Source: Candidatus Woesearchaeota archaeon
GTDB taxonomy: Archaea; Nanobdellota; Nanobdellia; Woesearchaeales; GW2011-AR4
NCBI GenBank assembly: GCA_016185755.1
Contig: JACPMX010000010.1
Location: 3,863-67,862, forward strand
Length of the DNA stretch: 64,000 nt
Reading direction: 5' to 3'
In this document: piece after piece, positions 18,539-26,131 of the stretch
How positions within the stretch are numbered: the stretch's first letter is position 1
Layout: each line of letters begins with the position of its first letter
Translations under genes and position numbers: made by a program
The notes under the pieces: model-generated
Database searches by the model: none
What the model was told of the DNA's origin: nothing
Seen by the model: the letters and a program-made list of their open reading frames with translations, nothing else

Positions 18539-19719
18539 ATTCTATTGACAGTTACTGTCTGGTAATCCGAAAGGCTGCCGTCGCTGGCTTCGACCCTGAA
18601 ATTGATTTGCGGAATTTCAAGTTTTTTCGGCAATGAGGGGGTTATGGTGAAAGTAATGTTGTCCTCGTCAGGATCCTCCGCCTTCAGCCGGTAATTATCT
18701 AAAAGATCATCTTGTTTTATTTCAAAATTGTGCGGAAATTCAAGTGTGCCCTTCCTTATGTAATAAAGTGCCGGCATCCTGTTCCTCCTTGCAAAAATAT
18801 ACTCGAGCGGCTTTCCGTAAACCAGTGATTTGGCATCTTCTACAATTATGATGTCATCATTGGAAATTTCATTTTTCCTTGTTTTAACTTCAAAAAAATC
18901 CTTGCTGTTTTTTGCATCGCTTATGTCAAATTTTATGTTTTTGATGTCGTTTTCAATCAGCTCTTTCGAAAAAAAGTAAAGGTCCCTGAGCCTTACGCCA
19001 GCATTTGCCGAGAATTCATTCATCTCCGCAAGCTCATTTGTTGCAGGGTTCCTTATTGTTATGGGCATTTTTGTCCTTATGCTGACATCGCCGCTTCCTA
19101 TAGTCACTTCTGTCTTCGAGGGCTGCACCTCAATTTCCAGGCCCTGTTTTTCAAAAGGCTCAAGATTAGCGCAGCTTTCCATGTTCTTGTCAATGAATGA
19201 TTCTATCTGCACCTGGATTGAGTTTGGCCCCTCGGAAGAGTTCAGCGGCGGCATGTTGCTTATCCCGAAAAACCCGTCAAAAATTTCTGCATTTGAAGCT
19301 GCTGTCCTGTAAGGGAATGCCGCCCATGGATAGTCCGGGGCATCTGATGCGTACGGCGCCACCGCAAATTTTGGAGGTAAAATATTATATGCCACTTTGA
19401 AATTGTTGTGGTTGGCAAAAAAAATTCCCTCGTCAGTATCCTGGTAGTCGACCAAAGTTCCGCCCTGGCTCGCATATATGTATCCCCCCTGCCTGCCGAG
19501 CAAAATTATCGCGTCCTTTGCAAGCTTGTCAATGCATTTTGCGGCAAATTCCTTGATCGGCTGCACTTCAGCTGCTGCGTCCTGCGTCCTTTTTATGTTC
19601 TGCTGGCTTTGCTTCCTGACAGCCGATTTTGACAGGTACAGGGCAAGGCTGATCGCGATGAAAATAACCAGGCCTACAATGAGCAGCATCGTGACCTGTG
19701 ACTTCAGCTTCAGCCTCAT
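18535..19719 (-). CDS. N-terminally anchored secreted protein
   Basis: 394 aa. TM VTMLLIVGLVIFIAISLALYL. Overlaps both neighbours by 4 nt. Confidence 0.6.
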   Translation of the reverse strand: MRLKLKSQVTMLLIVGLVIFIAISLALYLSKSAVRKQSQQNIKRTQDAAAEVQPIKEFAAKCIDKLAKDAIILLGRQGGYIYASQGGTLVDYQDTDEGIFFANHNNFKVAYNILPPKFAVAPYASDAPDYPWAAFPYRTAASNAEIFDGFFGISNMPPLNSSEGPNSIQVQIESFIDKNMESCANLEPFEKQGLEIEVQPSKTEVTIGSGDVSIRTKMPITIRNPATNELAEMNEFSANAGVRLRDLYFFSKELIENDIKNIKFDISDAKNSKDFFEVKTRKNEISNDDIIIVEDAKSLVYGKPLEYIFARRNRMPALYYIRKGTLEFPHNFEIKQDDLLDNYRLKAEDPDEDNITFTITPSLPKKLEIPQINFRVEASDGSLSDYQTVTVNRI

Positions 19720-22097
19720 TTCAACCTCAGCTTTGAAGTCAAATCAGGCCATATTGTCTCGGGATTTATATTCGTGAACTGGCTGCCCTGGACAAGAACA
19801 TAATAATTGTTTCCTTCTTTCTTGCACGATATTCCTGATGACACATCTTTCTTCGCCTCGCTGAACTGGTCCAGGAAATTGCATACATCCACGTCAAAGC
19901 CCGAGTATTCAATAACTGCATTCTTGAACCTTGCCCCTTCTATTGTTCCCTTTATTGTCTTGCCGCTGTCCTGTGAGATATAGAGCTTGTCAAATTTATT
20001 TACTCCTTTTAGGTATGACTCGTCAAATGGCGGGGTTGTCACGAGCCTTTTTATTGAATCTATTATATTCCTGATGGGGCCGCCTATAAGCTCGCTGAAA
20101 GGGCCGGATGAATCCTGCCCGGAAGGCACTGTTATTGCGCTTGCGCTGTAGATGAGGCTCTTAAGCTTCTTGTTAAACCACACCTTGTTCGTTGGGTCGC
20201 AAGGGTGGTACTGGCCGTCATCAATCAGGGCATCATCGCAGCTTTCCACTCCGAATATGTTCAGGCTGTCCCCTGTGATTTCCGACAGGTTTTTGTTTAT
20301 GGATGTGGCTGCCGCTATTTTGCTGCCGGTTTTCAAAACGCAGAAATTATTTGATTTGAGGCTTGACAGGATATTTGTTGCTGCAGCATTGGATTCAGTG
20401 AGGTACTGGAGGTCGTTAAGCGTGTTTTCCTTGTTGTCGCAGGAAAGCGCAAAGTCGCCGCTCTTCATTTCCAGCAGCTTCATGGCCAGCAATTTTGTCC
20501 TTGTGGACCATGCTCCGTTCTCGCAGAAATTATCGTCAAAATAGTCTCCTGATTCCAGGCATTGTGTTCGTTCCTCTTTTCCAAAAACATTTGCAAGGCA
20601 TTGTGATTTCTTCGGGCAGAATCCTGAAGCCCCGTCATCAACAGTAAATCTAAGCTCCGATTCTGTCCACTCGCCGTCAATGCACCTGGAGTTTGCGCCT
20701 GTCGGCTGCGCCAATGGATCGTCTCTTTGGTTTTCGGCGCATTTTTCACCATCCCAGCATTCTTCTGCAGCGCAGCAGTCTGCGGCTTGCTTTGGATTTT
20801 GGACTGGTGCAAAGCTGACATGCGCCTTGTCCGTGCCGTCAGTTTGCATCCATTTTTCAGTGTATGAGCAATAATAGTTTTTTCCCGGGTCATTGAAGCA
20901 GTATTCGTGGTTTGTTATCAATGCTGCTCCGGTATGCTTGTCAGCGAGGCTCGATAAGCCGTCATTATTCTTATTGAAATTATTTTTATCAACTGCGCAG
21001 CCATGGAATTCCCCGTTGAAATTCACAACAGACTCTTCGGTGCCTTCAACAAAAGAAACACTTATGACTGGCTTCTTGTCAAAGCATCCGCCTGTCCCTC
21101 CAATGTCATTATAGTTCTCCCCAGGGTCATCATCCTCGCTGCAGCATTTTGTGCCAGTCCATGTGAACCCTGCCTTCTCGCATGTTGCCTTGTTTTTTCC
21201 TATTAGTGTCTTATCTTTGATTTGTGAATTTGGAACATCCAAATCAGTGACAAATTTCCTGTCTGAGCGGCAGTAATAGGTTTTTGCATCATTTGTTGAG
21301 ACTGCATTTGCCGTTATTTCATTTGCAACAGCATTGCCTGTGATTTCATCACGATTTGCAATGGTTTTTTGGGCTGCCTCGTTCTCGGATTTCTCCGGGT
21401 TTACAGATTGCCCTGTTGAGAGCCTTTTCCCGTCAACCCTTGATTTGCATGAGCCGTCGCCGCAGCATTCTACAACTGATTCCCTTCCTTTTCCGATGCA
21501 TACGTACTCGCTGTTACCGATTGTTCTTCTCCAGAATGTGCCGTCGCACTTAATCCAGTTGACTCCGTCAGACAGGTATTCTATTCCTGCGCAGCCTACA
21601 AACCTTATATCCCCCAAATTCGGGGTTGAAGGCAGCCATTGCGCAGATTCTGCGTTTGAATCTATATTGCACAATACCCCTGAGCTTACCTTGCCGCAGT
21701 CTTCTGCATCGTCGCCGCAGCATTTTGCCTTTGCGTTCCAGTCTGTTCCGGCAATGCAGTTGCACGCGCCGCTTGAGTCATCAGGATTGCTTTCCTGAGG
21801 CACTGACTCTGAAACGCCTCTGCAGTCGCAGCCATCGCCTCTTTTGCACTTATTTTCCGGAAGAAAATATCCAAAATCTGCTGGGCCTAATTCTCCGAAT
21901 CCCGCTTTTGCGTCGCCTGTTTTATAGCAGCCTGCGCTCTGTACCGGGCATGGAGGTGGAGGTGGCGGACTTCCCCCTCCTCTTCTTCCCCTTCCTCCCC
22001 CTGCCTCAGCGAAAATTGAAAAAGATGCAAATAGTATTATTGCAATGCATAAGATAGAATAAATCCTAGAACACGTATTATTCTTGCTGCCCGTCAT
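19716..22097 (-). CDS. Cys-rich secreted protein
   Basis: 793 aa. Signal peptide, then a GGGRGRRGGGSPPPPPPCP linker. More than 50 Cys. No C-terminal TM. Confidence 0.7.
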   Translation of the reverse strand: MTGSKNNTCSRIYSILCIAIILFASFSIFAEAGGGRGRRGGGSPPPPPPCPVQSAGCYKTGDAKAGFGELGPADFGYFLPENKCKRGDGCDCRGVSESVPQESNPDDSSGACNCIAGTDWNAKAKCCGDDAEDCGKVSSGVLCNIDSNAESAQWLPSTPNLGDIRFVGCAGIEYLSDGVNWIKCDGTFWRRTIGNSEYVCIGKGRESVVECCGDGSCKSRVDGKRLSTGQSVNPEKSENEAAQKTIANRDEITGNAVANEITANAVSTNDAKTYYCRSDRKFVTDLDVPNSQIKDKTLIGKNKATCEKAGFTWTGTKCCSEDDDPGENYNDIGGTGGCFDKKPVISVSFVEGTEESVVNFNGEFHGCAVDKNNFNKNNDGLSSLADKHTGAALITNHEYCFNDPGKNYYCSYTEKWMQTDGTDKAHVSFAPVQNPKQAADCCAAEECWDGEKCAENQRDDPLAQPTGANSRCIDGEWTESELRFTVDDGASGFCPKKSQCLANVFGKEERTQCLESGDYFDDNFCENGAWSTRTKLLAMKLLEMKSGDFALSCDNKENTLNDLQYLTESNAAATNILSSLKSNNFCVLKTGSKIAAATSINKNLSEITGDSLNIFGVESCDDALIDDGQYHPCDPTNKVWFNKKLKSLIYSASAITVPSGQDSSGPFSELIGGPIRNIIDSIKRLVTTPPFDESYLKGVNKFDKLYISQDSGKTIKGTIEGARFKNAVIEYSGFDVDVCNFLDQFSEAKKDVSSGISCKKEGNNYYVLVQGSQFTNINPETIWPDLTSKLRLK

Positions 22098-22188
22098 AGT
22101 ACCTCTTTTTTGGTTTTAAAGTATGTCAAATATAGGTTTATACTCCAATATCTCCTATTAAAATCTTTTGTTTTTAAATATATGGCAA

Positions 22189-23403
22189 TCACCTGGCAAG
22201 GAATGTTGCTATCTGGCTGGCTGCTCTTGCCGTTTCATTGTTTAAATCCTGCTTTGGGAGAAGCTCCTGTATGTCTCCAAGAATGGTGATGTTGCCATTA
22301 GAAGTTCCAAATTTTATGCCATTTACCGCTGCCTGATATTTGATATGTCTGATGTAATGTTTAATCTCAATTGGCTCAAGCCCCTCTGAAAACCCTTCTT
22401 CTGATTCGGCAAAGCTAGGCTGGCTTCTGTTTTCAAACCTTATTGATGCTATTGCAGGGGCGAGTATGGAGTATTCAAACCCAGCATATTTGGTTGGAAG
22501 CACATCCAGGTCCACACTTATCATTATGTTTGTGATACCTGCTTCCCTCATGTTTCTAATGCTGCCTGACAAAACCGGTTGCCATTTTCCATCCGCTAAG
22601 TTCTTGTCAGAGTATATTTCCATTATCTTGAAAATGTCGTATCTTGTGAAATCCTGGCCAACAGAATATTGTGCCCATTGCTTTGCAGCCTCTGAAGCTC
22701 CAAGAAAGACGATGTAATCTGCATACCCCTCTATGAGCAGCTTTCCAAATATATTTTCTTTCCCTACTATGTTTTCCTTGTCTCTGGTGCCGTATATGTC
22801 AACATGCTCGTCAAAAACGATTATCCCTATTTTTGCGTTTGGATTGATTTCTTTTGCTGCCTTGAAAGTCAGGAGAGACAATCCATGGTCCGTGCCAATG
22901 AATATGTAGCTGGAATATTTGCCTGAAATTAATCTCTTTATGCATGCTGTGATTTTTCCAGCAAATTCCTCAGTTGAGTTGTATATTTCAGTGTCCTTGA
23001 GCATCAATTCTCTGTAATCAGGGCTGCATTCCTCTGCGCTGTACTGCATGATCAGCCTTGTGGTGTTTTCCAAAGAAGAGATGTTGTATTGTATATTCAC
23101 CCTTTCTTTTATGTTTTCAATTTCAGGTTCTCTTGTTTCAGCATCAGGGTTCTGAGCGTGCACTTTAGAAAGCTGCCGGAAGCTCTGCAGCAGGAATTTG
23201 TCGTCTATGTTTTCCGTTATCTTGCCGCTAGCTGCAATATAATCCCGTATATCCCCGGCATATTCAAGGTTTTTGCTCATTGGTTCCTTTTCAAGGCTAA
23301 TCCATACTACAGAAGAAGTTTCTGCAGTATTTTCAGTGATGAATTGCCATGCAAACAAAAGCAGGAAAAATAAAAATGCCAGTGCACATTTGCTGATTTT
23401 CAT
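22189..23403 (-). CDS. secreted arginase/agmatinase-fold (ureohydrolase superfamily) protein
   Basis: I place the start at the internal MKISKCALAFLFFLLLFAWQ signal; the ORF track extends to 23442. IGTDHGLS, FDEHVD and SVDLDVL match the three Mn-binding arginase-family motifs GGDHS, DAHxD and SxDxDxxDP. About 170 extra residues at the N-terminus. Confidence 0.5.
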   Translation of the reverse strand: MKISKCALAFLFFLLLFAWQFITENTAETSSVVWISLEKEPMSKNLEYAGDIRDYIAASGKITENIDDKFLLQSFRQLSKVHAQNPDAETREPEIENIKERVNIQYNISSLENTTRLIMQYSAEECSPDYRELMLKDTEIYNSTEEFAGKITACIKRLISGKYSSYIFIGTDHGLSLLTFKAAKEINPNAKIGIIVFDEHVDIYGTRDKENIVGKENIFGKLLIEGYADYIVFLGASEAAKQWAQYSVGQDFTRYDIFKIMEIYSDKNLADGKWQPVLSGSIRNMREAGITNIMISVDLDVLPTKYAGFEYSILAPAIASIRFENRSQPSFAESEEGFSEGLEPIEIKHYIRHIKYQAAVNGIKFGTSNGNITILGDIQELLPKQDLNNETARAASQIATFLAR

Positions 23404-23422
23404 TTTAAATCCCAAAACGAAG

Positions 23423-23436
23423 CTTTTTATATATAT
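23423..23436. promoter_or_regulatory. palindromic TATA element in a 50-bp divergent intergenic region
   Basis: TTTTTATATATATTT lies between the minus-strand arginase-fold gene (start 23403) and the plus-strand acyltransferase-like gene (start 23454). Confidence 0.35.
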
Positions 23437-23453
23437 TTGCAAAGATTTGGTTT

Positions 23454-24506
23454 ATGGAGCCAAAAAGGTGGGTTGCCCTTGACTGCTTCAAGGCTGCCGC
23501 GATTTTTGTCATGATATCATGGCACCTTTCAATCTGGTGGGCCAATCTGAACCCGGCAGTTGGAAAAAGCCTTCTTATGGTTGGTGTCACGCCGTGGCCT
23601 TACTTTCTCCAGGTTGTTGTTGCCTTTTCCGGCCATTTCGTGATGTCTATACCTGTCATTGCCGGGGCATCGCTGAGATTTTATTTGGATAAGCATGGCA
23701 GCCGGCTAAACAGGAAAAAAGTGATGGCTGCTATAGCAAAAAGGGCTTCTGCGCTTGCTGCCCTTGGATTCACAATGAATTTACTTGCTTTCGGGCCGGA
23801 ATACTGGCATTTATGGAATGTGCTGCAGCTGGTTTCCCTGAGCATGGTTATAATAGCTTTTTTGGCCTTGTACTCTTCGCCATATCTTCTTGCCATATCC
23901 GGCTTCGCGGTGATTTTCTCTGCTCCATTCATGAGGGATTTTTTGCAGGGGGCAGATTACTATCCCGCTTTTGCCCTTGTTGGGGACAGGCTTGGCGACA
24001 ATATATGGTCTTTTTTCCCGTGGTATGGCGTGGTTGTTTACGGCTTCCTGGCTGCGCATCTGTACCTTAGCTTCAAGGCAAAAAAACAAGAAAATATTTT
24101 CAGGGTTGTTCTTGCTTCTGCGAGCCTGTTGATTATTTTTATTGCATTTATTAAGGGCAGTTTCTTTTATGCAGTAGATCTGCAGTATCCTTGGGGCCCG
24201 TTGCTTTTCCAGCCCCATACGCTGACCGTTTTAGCGCAGCTTTCAGTTTTTACTTTATTGATAATGCTGGCGGATGTTATTTCATCCGGAATTAAACTAA
24301 GCAAGTTCGGAATTATTAATGTTTTTTCAAAAGGAATTTTATGGATTTACATTGCCCATATGGTTGTTGGATTCCGCCTCATCGAATTTCTTGTTGATAA
24401 CGGATTCCAAAGCGGCCCGGTGCTGTTTTTTGTAATGGCTTTCATTTTTATGCTGAGCTATGCTGTTGGAGCTGCCTTGGTTTTAAAAAAAGAAAACTCG
24501 TCATAG
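23454..24506 (+). CDS. polytopic membrane protein, acyltransferase-3/DUF1624-like
   Basis: 350 aa with 9-10 TM segments. N-terminal RWVALDCFKAAAIFVMISWH matches the R..lD..R..A...v...H opening of membrane acyltransferase family 3. Confidence 0.45.
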   Translation: MEPKRWVALDCFKAAAIFVMISWHLSIWWANLNPAVGKSLLMVGVTPWPYFLQVVVAFSGHFVMSIPVIAGASLRFYLDKHGSRLNRKKVMAAIAKRASALAALGFTMNLLAFGPEYWHLWNVLQLVSLSMVIIAFLALYSSPYLLAISGFAVIFSAPFMRDFLQGADYYPAFALVGDRLGDNIWSFFPWYGVVVYGFLAAHLYLSFKAKKQENIFRVVLASASLLIIFIAFIKGSFFYAVDLQYPWGPLLFQPHTLTVLAQLSVFTLLIMLADVISSGIKLSKFGIINVFSKGILWIYIAHMVVGFRLIEFLVDNGFQSGPVLFFVMAFIFMLSYAVGAALVLKKENSS

Positions 24507-25097
24507 CCCTTTTGCTTTGCCCATTCCAAGAATTTTGAACATGCTTCCTATATCGTGATGCGCCCTCAGCCCATACGGCTTTTCAGAAAAAGCCCCTATG
24601 GCCGTTTTTGCCCCATACTTATGGCAAAGCCTGATGTTCTGCATCATCCTGCCTATCGTTAAGGATGCTGCTGGCGGATTTTGGCTTACCAGTGAGCTGT
24701 AGGAAAATCCGATTGCTACATTGTTTTTTGCCGCAAGCTCGCATAAAACATGGTTCAGCCCTGAAGCCCTCTGGTGCAGATAATCTTTTCTTGGCACAAA
24801 CTCAAATCCGTAGATGATTTTTATTTTCCTGCTTTCGATGAAAAACCTGTCATTGCCCGAGCTTCTCGCTACAATAAATTTTGAATGCTTCGATGCCGTG
24901 TTGATGTTTTTTTCATTGGCAATGATGCCGATTTCAGCTTCTACGCTGCTTTTTATTGAATCCAGCCTTTCCTGGATTTTTCCCATTTCGAATCCGTCAA
25001 AATCATAAAGAAAATAGAGCTTTTTAATGCCAAGCTTTGATGCTATTTCAATGAACCCTATTTCATTGTTTCTAGGCAGTACAAAATCAGCATCCAT
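24501..25097 (-). CDS. rnp3: RNase P protein component 3 (Rpp30/p30)-like
   Basis: 198 aa. The C-terminal half AIGFSYSSLV...IGRMMQNIRLCHKYGAKTAIGAFSEKPYGLRAHHDIGSMFKILGM resembles archaeal Rpp30 TIM-barrel proteins. Confidence 0.55.
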   Translation of the reverse strand: MDADFVLPRNNEIGFIEIASKLGIKKLYFLYDFDGFEMGKIQERLDSIKSSVEAEIGIIANEKNINTASKHSKFIVARSSGNDRFFIESRKIKIIYGFEFVPRKDYLHQRASGLNHVLCELAAKNNVAIGFSYSSLVSQNPPAASLTIGRMMQNIRLCHKYGAKTAIGAFSEKPYGLRAHHDIGSMFKILGMGKAKGL

Positions 25098-25137
25098 ATA
25101 AATATTTTAGCCGCTTTTTATATAAAGCTATTGCTGC

Positions 25138-25155
25138 TTCCATGCGAAATGAAGG
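25138..25155 (+). promoter_or_regulatory. ORB-like element TTCCATGCGAAATGAAGG followed by a G-string
   Basis: Exact copy of the 18-mer at the cdc6 promoter, followed by GGG. It sits 41 bp upstream of the Rpp30-like start and 193 bp upstream of tbp. Confidence 0.5.
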
Positions 25156-25347
25156 GGGCATATTTCTTCAAAAATCCATTTTGCGATCGCTCTATTTAAA
25201 AACAAAAGTATTTATAAATAAATCCACTTTATAAATATTTATAAAGAAATTACATAAAAAGAGCTGATTTAAAGCCTTATAGGTTTATTGGGGGTGTTTT
25301 AAGGCTTTATCAATGGAATTAACTATTAATAATCGGAGGAATCTAAA

Positions 25348-25902
25348 ATGGTAAAGAAAGAAACCAAAAGAGACATAAAAGTAGTTAATATAGTAGTTTC
25401 TACGTCTTTAAAGCACGATATACCGCTTGAAAAGATGGCTGCGACATTAAGCAACACTGAATACAATCCCGAGCAGTTTCCCGGGCTTGTAATAAGGATA
25501 AAAGAGCCTAAAACATCCGCTTTGATATTCTCAAGCGGCAAAGTGGTCTGCACAGGCGCAAGGTCAATGGACAAGGTGGAGGAGAGCATAAAGAAGATAA
25601 TAAAGAGCCTGGAAAAGATAAATGTGAAGATAACCATAAAGCCTGAAATCAAGATACAGAACATTGTCGCATCAGGCAGCGTTGGCATGGACCTTAACCT
25701 GAATACTTTGGCCATGAAGCTTGAAAATACAGAGTACGAGCCGGAGCAGTTTCCAGGGTTGGTCTACAAGCTGGCTGCTGCAAAGGCAACTTTCCTGTTG
25801 TTTAGCAACGGAAAAGTCGTTTGCACTGGAACAAAAAGCGAGAAGGAAGTGCATGCAGCCCTGGATAAGCTGATTGAAAACCTGAAAAGGGTAAAGGCCT
25901 GA
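25348..25902 (+). CDS. tbp: TATA-box binding protein
   Basis: 184 aa. Two direct repeats, each containing NTEY(N/E)PEQFPGLV and SGKVVCTG. Confidence 0.95.
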   Translation: MVKKETKRDIKVVNIVVSTSLKHDIPLEKMAATLSNTEYNPEQFPGLVIRIKEPKTSALIFSSGKVVCTGARSMDKVEESIKKIIKSLEKINVKITIKPEIKIQNIVASGSVGMDLNLNTLAMKLENTEYEPEQFPGLVYKLAAAKATFLLFSNGKVVCTGTKSEKEVHAALDKLIENLKRVKA

Positions 25903-26076
25903 TTTCAATTTTATTTAATTGGAAATTTAAAAAACGAGAACGGCCTCTGGCTATAAAGCAAATTGAGGCGACCGTTTTTGGATACAAAAGGGGAAGTTTG
26001 AGGGGCACCCATTATTGCTTACGGAGCATGGGTCTCAGCGTTTATTTGAAATTTTGATTTGAAATGAGCATGCCTG

Positions 26077-26090
26077 ACCACTGGACATTC
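26077..26090 (+). promoter_or_regulatory. ACCACTGGACATTC motif upstream of the mcm TATA box
   Basis: Identical 14-mer occurs, in the gene-direction orientation, upstream of the DUF4258 gene at 2331-2344. The TATA-like ATATTTAAAG at 26100-26109 is 9 nt downstream. Confidence 0.5.
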
Positions 26091-26131
26091 CCATGCAAGA
26101 TATTTAAAGGGCAAAAACAAAGTTGGTGATC

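Noticed and set aside
23404-23442. A longer N-terminus for the arginase-fold protein (start 23442).
   Set aside because: It would leave only 11 bp to the divergent gene at 23454. The internal Met gives a proper signal peptide and a 50-bp bidirectional promoter region.
24501-25097. Calling this a PHP-domain or TatD-type nuclease instead of Rpp30.
   Set aside because: It lacks the His-rich metal motifs of PHP and TatD. The C-terminal half aligns better with archaeal RNase P p30. I still rate this only moderate confidence.
26123-26131. The mcm start given by the ORF track at 26123.
   Set aside because: That codon is TTG. The ATG at 26132 sits 23-32 nt downstream of the TATA-like element, which fits a leaderless or short-leader archaeal transcript better.
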